DNA of 62,254 bases, filler included, from 5 parts of 5 records of this genome joined end to end with filler, not necessarily neighbours in it; one strand, 5' to 3'. Positions 29,320 through 39,687 are shown, numbered from the whole stretch's first letter. Translations and numbers: made by a program. The notes: generated from the letters alone by a model not told the origin.

Positions 29320-30013
29320 TCACGATGAAAACAGCCCCGAAACGGTGGCACAGCCACGGCCCGACCCCCATGAACAAAGCCTGTTTGAGGCGCCTGTCAT
29401 GGCCGAGCAAGAGCGCATGGTCGAGGCAATATTATTTGCCAGCACCGAACCCGTCAGCGTGAAAGAGCTAAACGACCGCATGCCCCATGGCTGCGATGCG
29501 GCCGAGGCGCTGGTGCATCTGCGCAAACGCTACGAGGGGCGGGGCGTAAGGGTGGTAAAAGTGGGCGATGCATGGGCGATGCGCACGGCACCCGATCTTG
29601 GGTTTTTGATGCAAAAAGAAACGGTGGAAACCCGCAAGCTAAGCCGCGCTGCCATCGAAACGCTGGCGATTATCGCCTATCACCAGCCCGTCACCCGCGC
29701 CGAGATCGAGGAAATTCGCGGTGTGGCTGTCAGCCGGGGCACGGTGGATCAGCTGCTTGAAATGGAATGGATCCGCTTTGGCCGCCGCCGCATGACCCCG
29801 GGCCGCCCGGTGACGTTTGTCGTGACGCAAGAATTTTTGGATCATTTCGGCCTAGAATCGGCCCGCGACCTGCCGGGCCTGAAAGAATTGCGCGCCGCCG
29901 GCCTGCTGGATAACCGCCTGCCATCGGGCATGATACCGGGCGTGGGCGCCAGCGACGGGGCTGATGAGGACGGCGACGCGCTGGAAGGCCAAACAGAACT
30001 GTTCGAAGATTAA
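29312..30013 (+). CDS. scpB: Segregation/condensation protein B
   Basis: VEAILFAS, LSRAAIETLAIIAYHQPVTRAEIEEIRGV. Confidence 0.96.
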   Translation: MADHDENSPETVAQPRPDPHEQSLFEAPVMAEQERMVEAILFASTEPVSVKELNDRMPHGCDAAEALVHLRKRYEGRGVRVVKVGDAWAMRTAPDLGFLMQKETVETRKLSRAAIETLAIIAYHQPVTRAEIEEIRGVAVSRGTVDQLLEMEWIRFGRRRMTPGRPVTFVVTQEFLDHFGLESARDLPGLKELRAAGLLDNRLPSGMIPGVGASDGADEDGDALEGQTELFED

Positions 30014-30020
30014 GCGCCTT

Positions 30021-30063
30021 TGGGCCTATGTGTGGGCCTGTGTGTGGGCCTGTGCCTGGGCCT
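30021..30063. repeat. 12-bp tandem repeat, about 3.6 copies of TGGGCCTRTGTG
   Basis: TGGGCCTATGTG / TGGGCCTGTGTG / TGGGCCTGTGCC / TGGGCCT. Confidence 0.85.
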
Positions 30064-30145
30064 TCACGCAAGCGTGAGGGCGTTGCCCTGAAAAGACCAC
30101 TATTATGGGCAAAGATCGGTGGGTGTGTGCCAAAGGGGTTTCGGT

Positions 30146-30355
30146 ATGAATATGACGCAAATGATGAATATGGTGATGCGCCTGGTTATGCGCAAACTGC
30201 TAAACAAGGGGGTGAATGCGGGCATCAATGCCCTGGCGCGCCGTGGGGGTGCTGCGCGCACCCAGGCAGGCAGCCCCCCGGTGCCAGGCGCCAAAAATGC
30301 AGCGCGCGCTGCCAAAATGGCGGCCCGCAGCAGCCGCCAGGCGGGGCGGTTTTAA
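30146..30355 (+). CDS. Small basic hypothetical protein
   Basis: MNMTQMMNMVMRLVMRKLLNKGVNAGI...GRF; amphipathic; GGGG RBS-like sequence upstream. Confidence 0.65.
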   Translation: MNMTQMMNMVMRLVMRKLLNKGVNAGINALARRGGAARTQAGSPPVPGAKNAARAAKMAARSSRQAGRF

Positions 30356-31129
30356 TCGGCCTTGAAATGCTTTGACAGCTTCAGCCCTTGGCCTTGGTAA
30401 TTCGAGGCGATGCCGCTGCCATAAAGCTGCTGTGGCAGCTCGGACATGCGCTCGTATACCAGCCGGCCCACCACCTGGCCATGTTCCAGCACAAAGGGCG
30501 CTTCGTGGCATCGCACCTCTAGCACCCCGCGCGACCCGGCGCCGCCGGCGGCATCATGGCCAAAGCCTGGGTCAAAAAAGCCCGCGTAATGCACCCGAAA
30601 TTCACCCACCATTGCCAGATAGGGCGCCATTTCCGCCGCATAGGCGGGGGGGATGTGCACGGCCTCGCGGCTGACCAGAATGTAAAAGGCACCGGGATCT
30701 AGAATGATCTGGCCATCGGTGCTGTGCACCTCTTCCCAGAAATCGCGGGGCGCATAGGCGCCGATTCTGTCCAGATCGATCACGCCTGTGTGGGGCTTGG
30801 CCCGGTAGCCCACCAAACTGCCTGTGTCGGGGTTCAGATCTACGGAAAACCCCAAACCGTCTTGAATAAGGGCATCGCCATTCACCAAACTATCGCTGCT
30901 GTGCAGGGCGCGTAATTCTGCATCGCTCAGCACGGCTTGGCCCTGGCGAAAGCGGATCTGGTTCAGCCGCATGCCGGGGCGCACCAAAACCGAAAAACTG
31001 CGGGGGCAGATTTCGGCATATAGGGGGCCGTGATAGCCTGCGGGGATGCGATCAAATTCTACCCCGCCATCGGTGATGACACGCGTCAGCAAATCAAGCC
31101 GCCCGGTCGAGCTTTTGGCGTTGGCCACC
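30352..31129 (-). CDS. dcd: 2'-deoxycytidine 5'-triphosphate deaminase, alphaproteobacterial long type (5' partial)
   Basis: KSSTGRLD, GEFRVHYAGFFDPGFG, SNYQGQGLKLSKHF. Confidence 0.95.
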
Positions 31130-31229
31130 NNNNNNNNNNNNNNNNNNNNNNNNNNNNNNNNNNNNNNNNNNNNTTAATTAATTAANNNNNNNNNNNNNNN
31201 NNNNNNNNNNNNNNNNNNNNNNNNNNNNN
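31130..31229. other. Artificial contig linker
   Basis: N-run, TTAATTAATTAA, N-run. Confidence 0.99.
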
Positions 31230-31499
31230 ACCGTTTTCGCCGACCATGGCGGATTTGCCATAGCTTTCGGCCTGATCTGGTGTGATCCCAAGCGCTTCTA
31301 TGCATCGTTTCCCCAAGACGGCACCCAATTCTGCCCCGATATCCATCAGTTCGGTCAGGTCCTCTTGGTAGGTGCCCGCAAACGGATTGACGATGACAGC
31401 CACGGCCACGGCTTTGCGCGTGGCAGGTGCAATTGCGCGCCCGGCTTCGATATGTGTTTCTTCGACATTTACTGCGATTTTGCGAATGTTCACGGTCAT
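31230..31499 (-). CDS. Amino acid synthesis family (DUF1185-like) protein (3' partial)
   Basis: IRKI...EE, NPFAG.Y.EDL, ESYGKSAMVGENG; paralogue of the upstream gene. Confidence 0.85.
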
Positions 31500-32077
31500 C
31501 TCAATCCATCCTCCCCTTTGATTTCTGATGCGAGCAACCCACCCGAGCGGGAATGGATGCGTCCGCCGGTGCTCATCACGAGGGCAAAGGCCAACTCGTC
31601 AGCACGGGGGGCGTCATTGCAGCCCACTTCCATGCTGTCGAAATGGGATCGCACGTAAGATGCGTTGACGTGGGTAATTGGCACATCAAGCCGCGCCCCT
31701 ACGCCGCCCACCTTTTTTGACGAGGGCACAATCGCGTTGGCGTTGCCCAACAGTTGGCGCATGGCATAGCCGCCGGGGGCGTGCCACAGGGCACCATGCT
31801 CTAGCTCGCCGGCTTCGCCAACCAGTGATCCTTTGCCGTACCCTTCGATGTTGTCAGGGCCGCCCAGCATATCGAGCAATTTTTGTGCCATTTCCAAACC
31901 AAGCGGTTTGAGGTCTTCCATGAACCCTTGGATTTCAGATTCAAAGCGCCCGGCGAATGGGTTTTTGATAATGGCCAATACCGCAGCTCTGCGCTGGGGC
32001 GTTTCGGGGGCAGGGCCCCCTTCGTGAAAAATCTCTTCATAAGAGGCGACGGTTTTTCTGAGAATGACTTCAGGCAT
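31496..32077 (-). CDS. Amino acid synthesis family (DUF1185-like) protein
   Basis: NPFAGR, EGYGKG..VG..GELEHGA, YVRSHFD, DAPRADE, GGRIH.R.GGL. Confidence 0.9.
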   Translation of the reverse strand: MPEVILRKTVASYEEIFHEGGPAPETPQRRAAVLAIIKNPFAGRFESEIQGFMEDLKPLGLEMAQKLLDMLGGPDNIEGYGKGSLVGEAGELEHGALWHAPGGYAMRQLLGNANAIVPSSKKVGGVGARLDVPITHVNASYVRSHFDSMEVGCNDAPRADELAFALVMSTGGRIHSRSGGLLASEIKGEDGLR

Positions 32078-32933
32078 TTGTCAAAGTCCTGTTGGGTTGG
32101 TGTTCGGTGAAACCGGAATGTCCTGCTTGGCGGGATTCGCCCTGCAGGGAAAGCGACGCGGCTCGGATCAAATTGGCGTTGCGCATTTTTTCGGCGACGA
32201 TCTGACCGCTTTGCAGCGCATGGTGAATATCTGTGCTTGAAAGCGGACCGCATTGAACTGTGACGAGCTGTTGACCAAGGTCGCTGTCCTCTTGAATGTC
32301 CGACGCGGGTCTGCGGATGATTGCGGGGTGATCGTCAAGGTTGACGGCATTGGCAATCAAAGTTGCGGCCGCATCTGCTGCTGCAGCTGTGTGTGCAAGA
32401 ACCGTGACGCTGTCGGCAAGGCCAAGGGACAAGCTGCGCCCCCCGGCCCCCGATGTGGCGATCCCAGAAATACCGTCTTCGGCATTGATCTGAATACGCC
32501 CTAAATCATGCCCCTCGACCGAGGCCATGGCCATGGAAAAGCTCTGCCCCGGTTGCAGATGTATCGCGATGTCGCCCCCGTTGTTGACGTACGCGCGTCG
32601 CACGTCAGTGGTTTTGGTGATGGCATGCAGCATTGCATCAGCTACGGCTCCTGCCACCGCTGCCATCGGGGTAACAAATTGCGCGCAATGGGGGCGAACT
32701 GCATTTTGCATGTGCTGTGCGATTGTCCCCTCTGCACGAGGGCTGGTTTGGCTCATGGGGGATTTAAGCAGCCGGAGGTCCCCCACCAGCTCTTCTAACA
32801 CTGTTTCAAACCGGGATCGTGCCGCAGCAAATGCCCCGGCACGATCTCCATCCGCTCCGATGATCAGATCAATCGGCCCGTGCTGCAGATGCAGTCGAGT
32901 TCCACAAGAGAGGAGGGCGGAGACGGGTCTCAT
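32070..32933 (-). CDS. UPF0280 / ApbE-like protein
   Basis: LHLQHGPIDL, TPMAAVAGAVAD, NNGGDIA, ATSG..GRSLSLG.ADSVTV, ADAAATLIAN. Confidence 0.92.
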   Translation of the reverse strand: MRPVSALLSCGTRLHLQHGPIDLIIGADGDRAGAFAAARSRFETVLEELVGDLRLLKSPMSQTSPRAEGTIAQHMQNAVRPHCAQFVTPMAAVAGAVADAMLHAITKTTDVRRAYVNNGGDIAIHLQPGQSFSMAMASVEGHDLGRIQINAEDGISGIATSGAGGRSLSLGLADSVTVLAHTAAAADAAATLIANAVNLDDHPAIIRRPASDIQEDSDLGQQLVTVQCGPLSSTDIHHALQSGQIVAEKMRNANLIRAASLSLQGESRQAGHSGFTEHQPNRTLTNA

Positions 32934-34414
32934 TTGGACCAGCGATAGTTGGTGTGCGCCATCGGGTCAGGCTGGTTGTCAAATTGCGCAACCTTGCGTG
33001 TGCTCTCTGAGACAACATCCGCAACCGATTGGATTTCGTCCATGTGACCACCCAATGTACCGTAATCGCTCACCCGCATAGTGAATTCGATGGGGGCCAC
33101 CAAAGCCGGCGTTGGAACGTAGCCGAACGAACCCGTCGGCATGTCCAACACATCCACCATCACTGTAATGCCGCCACCGGGCCAGACATAGGCTTCGGCA
33201 CCGCCACACGACACATACGTCAGAGAGTCTTTGACGGATTTGGTGAGCTTGACGGGGTTTTCCGTAACGCCTGCGCGCAAACTGCCACCGGCACCGCCCA
33301 TAAACAGGACCGAGCAAACCGATGGTTCGCAGTTTTCCGCGATAAGATCAGCAGAGGCTTTCAGTTTTTCCGGGATTTCTGCGGGTTGTGGCGTCAGTGT
33401 CTCGTCGAGTTCGAAATAGGCGTATTGTTCACCCGTGGTGGACACCATCAACAGGCGCATGCCTTCTTTGGCAAACTTGGGGTTGAAATCCCCGAGGATT
33501 TTGAGTGGATCCTCGATGTCGGTGCCACCCCAGCCAGTCCCGGGTTCGGCGACCTGGAAATATCGTCCGGGGGTTGAGCGACGCCCGTTGATCTTGATCC
33601 CGGTTGCGGGCACGTCCAGTAATTTTCCGGCCTGATGTTCCGACAAGACGCCAGTGATGTGATCATCGACCACCACGACATCGTCCACGTGATCCACCCA
33701 TTGCGTGGCAAACATACCAATCGTGGCGGACCCACAGCCAACGCGCATCAATTTCTCTTCGACACCGTTGATGATCGGGGCCTTGCCTGCCTGAACCACA
33801 ACCGTGGTTTCATGCTCGGGCTCTCCGATCACCATTTCCACGGCTTCTTGATTGCAGAGTTTCAGCAAGGCATCGCAGGTGATGCGGCCTTCTTTCTTTG
33901 ATCCCCCAGTCAAGTGCTCTACGCCGCCAAGGCTGAGCATCTTGGATCCGTATTCTGAGGTCATCACATGGCCGATCGGCTCGCCGTTGACACGAACGAT
34001 GTCGCGTTCGTGGCCGAGGTGACGGTCAGTGTCGATTTTGATTTTAACACCGCAGTAGGAAAAGATCCCTTCGGTCACGACGGTAACCATGTCGACGCCC
34101 TGAATTTCCTGACTGACGATAAAGGGGGCGGGTTTGTAGTCTGGATAGGTGGTGCCCGCACCGACAGCAGTTACAAAGGGGCGGTTGCCCTGAACAATGT
34201 TGCCATCCCAATCATCCGGGCCCTTGCCGTCCTGCAGGAAGGGCACGAGTTTTTGGCCCGAACTTTCAATGATGGTCAAAGCGTCGAGGCGCACCAGATC
34301 ACCGCCATGGTTGGCATAGCGATCACAAGCGCCAATTTTGCCATCAGCGATATAGCACATGACAGGGCAGGCATCGCAGCGGATCTTTTCGGGTTTCGCG
34401 GTTTCATTTGCCAT
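32930..34414 (-). CDS. hnr: 6-hydroxynicotinate reductase (Fe-S protein)
   Basis: CDACPVMC...GACDRYAN, GAGTTYPDYKPAPFI, MRVGCGSATIG, GGAGGSLRAGVTENP. Confidence 0.9.
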   Translation of the reverse strand: MANETAKPEKIRCDACPVMCYIADGKIGACDRYANHGGDLVRLDALTIIESSGQKLVPFLQDGKGPDDWDGNIVQGNRPFVTAVGAGTTYPDYKPAPFIVSQEIQGVDMVTVVTEGIFSYCGVKIKIDTDRHLGHERDIVRVNGEPIGHVMTSEYGSKMLSLGGVEHLTGGSKKEGRITCDALLKLCNQEAVEMVIGEPEHETTVVVQAGKAPIINGVEEKLMRVGCGSATIGMFATQWVDHVDDVVVVDDHITGVLSEHQAGKLLDVPATGIKINGRRSTPGRYFQVAEPGTGWGGTDIEDPLKILGDFNPKFAKEGMRLLMVSTTGEQYAYFELDETLTPQPAEIPEKLKASADLIAENCEPSVCSVLFMGGAGGSLRAGVTENPVKLTKSVKDSLTYVSCGGAEAYVWPGGGITVMVDVLDMPTGSFGYVPTPALVAPIEFTMRVSDYGTLGGHMDEIQSVADVVSESTRKVAQFDNQPDPMAHTNYRWSK

Positions 34415-37151
34415 TGTTCTTGTCCTTGATTGCGGCGCGCACTCGGGATGGCGTAGCGGGAACTTGGGTCAACCGCACACCGCAAGCGCTTTTGATTGCG
34501 TTGAGAATCGCGGGCGCTGTTGGGATGAGGACGTGTTCCCCCAACCCTTTGGCGCCATAGGGGCCATGCGCGTCCGGTTCTTCGATGATGACAGTTTCAA
34601 CAGGGGGCATGTCGCCCATTGTCGGGATAAGATAGTCGTGCAGGTTTTCAGTCCGGCCGGGAATGTATTCTTCCATCAGTGTCATGCCGAGTCCCTGCGC
34701 GATGCCGCCTTGAACCTGACCTTCGACCAACATTGGGTTGATCGCTTTACCTACGTCATGGGCGGCGACGAATTTCAGGGGTTTGACTGTGCCCAGCTTG
34801 GTATCAACTTCGACCACAACCAAATGCGCGGCATAGCCAAATTGCGCATAGGGGATGCCCTGACCGTTTTCATCCAAAGGCTTGGTTGGCGGATCATAGG
34901 TTTCTTGCGATCGTAGAACATAGCCTTCGTCATCGGCGTTCAGCGCCGTTAGGTCGATGGTGTGCGCGCTACCTTGGTCCGTGATCTTGATCTGCCCGGC
35001 GTTGATTTCCAAAGTGGCGTCTGCACCCGCATTCACCTGAGCCAAAATCTGTTCCCGCATGGCCAGACCACTCAGGCGCGAGGCACTGCCTGAAACGTAA
35101 GTTTGACGCGAGGCCGAGGTTTTCCCGGCATCGGGTGTCACGTCGGTATCAGGCCCAACAATTTCCAACTGGTGAACCGGGATTCCCAATGCCGTGGCAT
35201 AGATCTGGCTGATGACGGTGTTTGCGCCCTGACCGATATCCATGGCTCCTTGGTGCAACACGATTGAGCCGTCTTTGCGGATGCCGGATTTGATGGTCGA
35301 CGGGTTGGGCAGTGATGTGTTGCCGCATCCATACCATCCACCAGCAAGTCCGACGCCACGCTTGAAGGTCTTATTTCCTGCGTTGAACGCGTTTGCATCT
35401 GCGCGTTCGCTATCCCAAGCGGATTTGAGCGCTTCAAAGCAGGGTTTGATCCCGACGCCTTGTTCAAACACCTGTCCACAAACGGTCGGAACATGATTTT
35501 CCAGAGCGTTCCGGATGCGGAAGTCCAGCGGATCAATACCCAGCTTGTCGGCCAGTTCATCAAACAGGCTTTCTTGTGCGATGGCCGATTGGGGGACGCC
35601 AAATCCGCGGAAGGCACCAGCAGGCGGGCAATGGGTGTGAATACCCTGCGATTCCGCCCGGTAGTCGGTGATTTGATAGGGACCAGAGGCATGAACGGGG
35701 ACTCGGTTCGCCACAGTCGGGCCCCAGCTGGCATAGGCTCCGGTATTAAAGTACCCAAAGAAATCAAAGCCTTTGATTTTGCCTTCTTTGGTGGCGCCGA
35801 TCCGCAAGGTGATATCAGACGGATGCCGCTTTGTGGTCGATTGCATCGATTCCGTGCGTGAATATGTGATGCGCACGGGCTTGCCGGTTTTGAGCGCGCC
35901 CAAGGCAAGGTAGGGCTGCACGCTCAGGTCAAGTTTTGAGCCGAAACCACCACCAACACCCGTTGGAATGATGCGGATTTGCTCGCGTGGCATCCCAAGA
36001 ATGATTTCCATCGCATCCAGATCCATAACTGGCGCTTGGGTGCAGGCGTGGATTTCGACGCGACCATTGACGATTTCAGCAAACCCGGCTTCGGGCTCGA
36101 TGTACCCATGTTCTACAAAGCCGCTGCGGAATTTGCCCTCAACCGTGACGTCAGCCTCGGCAAGAGCAGCTTTGGCGTCCCCGCATTGCACAAAACCGCC
36201 GCACATCACGTTGCCTGCGCGGTCGGCGTGCAATTGAGCTGCACCATCTTCCATGGCCTCATGCGTGGTTTGGCTTGAGGGGCGCTCATCCCATGTGACG
36301 GGGAATTGGGCGGGGTCAAAAGCGCGAATGGCCTCTGGCGTGCCGACGATGGCTGCCACGGCTTCGCCCCGGAAGCGTGTTTCCGTTTCGGCAAACACCG
36401 GTTGGTCTGCGAAGTCCGGGATGACCCCAAAGACGTTACGACCAGGCACGTCGGCAGCGGTCAAAACGACTTCGATGCCTGGCGCTTGGGCAAAGGCATC
36501 AAGGTCACCAAATTGAAAACCTGCGCGCGGGAAGGGCGAGCGGATCACCACAACTTCCAGCGTACCCTGCGGCGCGATATCATCACCAAACGCTTCGGTT
36601 CCGGCGACTTTACCAAGGCCGTCCAAACGACGGATACCTTCGCCTGCATGGCCCGTGGTCAGGTCAGGAATATCAGAGTTGCCAGCAGCAACTACGGCAT
36701 CAATAATCTTGCGATAACCCGTGCAGCGACACAGCACACCACCCAAAGCATCCTGAACTTGTGTTTCTGTTGGGGTGTCTTCTTCGCGCAGCAGTGCCAC
36801 AGCTGAAACCATCATGCCGGGCGTACAAATTCCGCATTGCGCAGCGCCGAGGTTTTGGAAACTTTCGGCCAAACGCGACGCGTCCGGATCTGTTTTGGCA
36901 AGTCCGCCCAGTGTTTCCACATTGCGTCCCGCTGCCTGCTGTGCGGGCATCAGGCAGGCGCATACGGGCGCGCCATCGACCAGCACTGTACAGGCTCCAC
37001 AATCGCCTGCGTTACAGCCGATTTTAACATCGCGTGCACCGACGCGTTCGCGCAGAGTTTCCGATAGGCGTTCGCCCGCAAGCGGGGAGACGTTTACAGT
37101 TGAGCCGTTCAAAGTGAATTGGGTGGTCATGTCATGTACCTGCTTATCCAT
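34404..37151 (-). CDS. Molybdenum hydroxylase with fused 2x[2Fe-2S] and Mo-binding subunits; probable nicotinate dehydrogenase
   Basis: GCNAGDCGACT, QCGICTPG, LCRCTGY, GGGFGSK, AFRGFG, QGGIAQGLG, AKGLGE; next to hnr. Confidence 0.88.
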   Translation of the reverse strand: MDKQVHDMTTQFTLNGSTVNVSPLAGERLSETLRERVGARDVKIGCNAGDCGACTVLVDGAPVCACLMPAQQAAGRNVETLGGLAKTDPDASRLAESFQNLGAAQCGICTPGMMVSAVALLREEDTPTETQVQDALGGVLCRCTGYRKIIDAVVAAGNSDIPDLTTGHAGEGIRRLDGLGKVAGTEAFGDDIAPQGTLEVVVIRSPFPRAGFQFGDLDAFAQAPGIEVVLTAADVPGRNVFGVIPDFADQPVFAETETRFRGEAVAAIVGTPEAIRAFDPAQFPVTWDERPSSQTTHEAMEDGAAQLHADRAGNVMCGGFVQCGDAKAALAEADVTVEGKFRSGFVEHGYIEPEAGFAEIVNGRVEIHACTQAPVMDLDAMEIILGMPREQIRIIPTGVGGGFGSKLDLSVQPYLALGALKTGKPVRITYSRTESMQSTTKRHPSDITLRIGATKEGKIKGFDFFGYFNTGAYASWGPTVANRVPVHASGPYQITDYRAESQGIHTHCPPAGAFRGFGVPQSAIAQESLFDELADKLGIDPLDFRIRNALENHVPTVCGQVFEQGVGIKPCFEALKSAWDSERADANAFNAGNKTFKRGVGLAGGWYGCGNTSLPNPSTIKSGIRKDGSIVLHQGAMDIGQGANTVISQIYATALGIPVHQLEIVGPDTDVTPDAGKTSASRQTYVSGSASRLSGLAMREQILAQVNAGADATLEINAGQIKITDQGSAHTIDLTALNADDEGYVLRSQETYDPPTKPLDENGQGIPYAQFGYAAHLVVVEVDTKLGTVKPLKFVAAHDVGKAINPMLVEGQVQGGIAQGLGMTLMEEYIPGRTENLHDYLIPTMGDMPPVETVIIEEPDAHGPYGAKGLGEHVLIPTAPAILNAIKSACGVRLTQVPATPSRVRAAIKDKNNGK

Positions 37152-37977
37152 GTGCTTGCACCGCTTTGGTGATTGTCCGCAAACACTGTTCTGCGACGGC
37201 CTCTAGACGGAATTCGGCACTGCCACGCACGTCGGCGATGGGCGAGAGTGTCGCGAAATAGGCGTCATTCAGAGCGATTTCGTCGAGGGTTTTGCCAATT
37301 AGATCTGTTTCCAGTTGGACCAAGCGCTGGGCGACCGGAGAGCAGGCCCCGATAGCAACACGCGCATGGTTGATGCACCCCTGCGGATCAAGTCCGATCA
37401 CTGCTGCAGTCATCGTGATCGAGATGACCAGGTAACGCCGTGATCCAAGTTTTTCGAAAGCCCCTACAGCCTTTTGGGGCACGTTGGGCAGCAGAAAGCC
37501 GGTAACCAACTCATCGTTGCTCAGTTCGACCTTTCGAACACCGGTAATGAAGTCAGCGAGGGGCATAACTCGTTTTCCGCGGATCGATTGCAATTCCACC
37601 TGCGCATCCAGAGTCAGCAGGGGCGGCACACCATCCGCTGCAGGGGATGCGTTGCAAACATTGCCTGCAATCGTTCCTGCATTTTGAATTTGCAGGCTGC
37701 CGACTTCGCGAGCTGCGGCCTGAAGTCCAGCGAAACAGGGGGGTAAGTCTGCGTGAAAAACGTCGCTCCAACTGGTGGTCGCGCCGATGCGCCACGTGTC
37801 CCCATCATATGAAATCCCTGAGAGTTCGGGGATCCGAGAAATGTCTAAAAGGTCACTTTTTTCAGGTCCTTGGCCCTGACTCGGGAAGTAGTCTGTGCCA
37901 CCCGCAACGATCTTGATCTCTTGAGAGGCAATGCGGTCAAGGGCCTCATTCAGGGCGGTGGGCATAAAGTGGTGCAA
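37144..37977 (-). CDS. FAD-binding subunit of the molybdenum hydroxylase
   Basis: VAGGTD, QIQNAGTIAGNVCNASPAAD, PIADVRGSAEFR; TTG start with AGGA RBS. Confidence 0.92.
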   Translation of the reverse strand: MHHFMPTALNEALDRIASQEIKIVAGGTDYFPSQGQGPEKSDLLDISRIPELSGISYDGDTWRIGATTSWSDVFHADLPPCFAGLQAAAREVGSLQIQNAGTIAGNVCNASPAADGVPPLLTLDAQVELQSIRGKRVMPLADFITGVRKVELSNDELVTGFLLPNVPQKAVGAFEKLGSRRYLVISITMTAAVIGLDPQGCINHARVAIGACSPVAQRLVQLETDLIGKTLDEIALNDAYFATLSPIADVRGSAEFRLEAVAEQCLRTITKAVQAHG

Positions 37978-38022
37978 GGCTTAGGTTCCTGTTGGGCAGA
38001 GTGTATTGTTGTTTGTATGCTA

Positions 38023-38052
38023 ATGATATTGCTGGATTCGGAAATTTGTCAA
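38023..38052 (-). promoter_or_regulatory. Putative sigma70 promoter of the nicotinate-type operon
   Basis: Minus strand TTGACA (38052-38047)-N18-TATCAT (38028-38023). Confidence 0.55.
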
Positions 38053-38288
38053 TCCAAAGTTTGACGCTGCGAAACTGTTGATAATGTTAGGCAAAAGATC
38101 AGGGTACTTTGGTGACCTGACTTTTTGGAATTGCTGCGGTAGCGAGAAAAACTTTCGCAAACGCAGCATTGGCGATGCTTCTGAGGAGGACGTATTCGTT
38201 TGATGTAAGAAGAGCAGATCTGAAGAGCAGGGAGGCGTTAGGAGTGAATGAGGCCTTGGTTAAAAGGTGGCAGTGTCGAATAATTTCA

Positions 38289-38332
38289 TTGACACACTAA
38301 TGATTTTTCCAAATTGTAGTGATCGATCACTA
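38289..38332 (+). promoter_or_regulatory. Promoter (-35 TTGACA) with operator palindrome 1
   Basis: TTGACA at 38289; perfect palindrome TAGTGATCGATCACTA at 38317-38332. Confidence 0.75.
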
Positions 38333-38407
38333 ACCTATTGGTTGGCGCGATCATGCCCGTGGATGGAAATCCCGGAGCAAACGAAATAACCCTTAGGGAG
38401 GGAACAA

Positions 38408-39655
38408 ATGAACAAGTTCAAAACTTTGCTGGTTGGTGCTGTTGTTGCCAGTTTGGCCGCAACTTCGGTGATGGCGCAGGAAAAAATTCGAATCGCCTTT
38501 ATTGACCCGTTGTCAGGCCCGTTTGCCTCGACCGGGAACCAGGGTCTGTCTATTTATCGCCACGCCGTGGATGAATTGGTCAACAAAAAAGGTGCATTGC
38601 TGAATGGTGCTGCAGATTTTGAAATCGTACCTTTCGACAACAAAATTAGCGCCAAAGAATCGCTAATCCAGCTGCAAGTTGCCATCGACCAAGATATCCG
38701 TTTCATCGCTCAGGGCGCTTCTTCGGGCGTGGCTAATGCGATTACCGATGCGGTTCGTAAGCACAACAAGCGTAATCCCGACAAGCAGGTGATCTTTCTG
38801 AACCACTCGGCGGTTGATCCTGCTTTGACAAACGACAAATGCAACTTCTGGCATTTCCGCTTTGATGCAAATGCAGACATCAAAATGGATGCTCTGACGG
38901 ACGATATCGCAAAAAATCCCGACATCAAAAAAGTGTATGTCATCGGTCAGGACTACTCGTTTGGTAAAGCTGTGGCATCGGCTGCTGTTCGGTTCTTGAA
39001 AGAGAAACGTCCTGATATTGAAATCGTTGGCAACGAACTGCATCCAATTGGTAAGGTTAAAGACTTCACGCCATATGCGCGTAAAGTTATCGCGGCCGAA
39101 GCAGATGCGGTTATCACTGGCAACTGGGGCGGCGACATGGTCGGCTTAGGTAAGGCTATCATGGGTGCTGGTTTCACCAAACCGATTTATACCTACTATG
39201 GTGCAACCTCTGGGATTACGGCCAACTTTGGTGACCAAGGCGACGGTATCGTTAAGTTGGCGGGCGCTGGTCAGGTGAACCCACCTTTGTCGGCAGAGGC
39301 CGAAGCCTTTACCACCAGCTACTACGAAAAATTCCCTGAGCTGGATCTGGGCCAACCACAGATGGCGAATGTTCCACCCATGCTTGCGGCAGCAATCAAC
39401 GAAGTGGGCAACGCCACCGACATAAAAGCCATTGCTTACGCTTTGGAAGGCATGGAATTCGATGGTTTGCTAACGGGCAAAACCATTATGCGTGAAAGCG
39501 ACCACCAAGCCATCCAGACACTGACGGTTCAAGGACAGACAAGTGAGGGTTTGACTTTTGACTATGACAAATCTGGGCACGGAATGGTCGCAGAAACCAT
39601 TGTCGAGTTGGCGTCTATGGATTCAGCAACAACCTGCAAGATGAAACGCCCGTAA
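38408..39655 (+). CDS. ABC transporter substrate-binding protein (LivK-like/HAAT)
   Basis: Signal peptide; IAFIDPLSGPFA, CNFWHFRFDA, QDYSFG; strong RBS GGGAGGG. Confidence 0.93.
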   Translation: MNKFKTLLVGAVVASLAATSVMAQEKIRIAFIDPLSGPFASTGNQGLSIYRHAVDELVNKKGALLNGAADFEIVPFDNKISAKESLIQLQVAIDQDIRFIAQGASSGVANAITDAVRKHNKRNPDKQVIFLNHSAVDPALTNDKCNFWHFRFDANADIKMDALTDDIAKNPDIKKVYVIGQDYSFGKAVASAAVRFLKEKRPDIEIVGNELHPIGKVKDFTPYARKVIAAEADAVITGNWGGDMVGLGKAIMGAGFTKPIYTYYGATSGITANFGDQGDGIVKLAGAGQVNPPLSAEAEAFTTSYYEKFPELDLGQPQMANVPPMLAAAINEVGNATDIKAIAYALEGMEFDGLLTGKTIMRESDHQAIQTLTVQGQTSEGLTFDYDKSGHGMVAETIVELASMDSATTCKMKRP

Positions 39656-39687
39656 CGTTTCGTCATTGCGAAATATGTTGCCAATTC

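Noticed and set aside
30021-30063. Short repeats considered as a CRISPR array
   Set aside because: 12-bp units in direct tandem with no spacers, and no cas genes in the window
38208-38230. GAAGAGCAG direct repeat x2 in the divergent intergenic region
   Set aside because: Too short and not found at other promoters; compatible with chance
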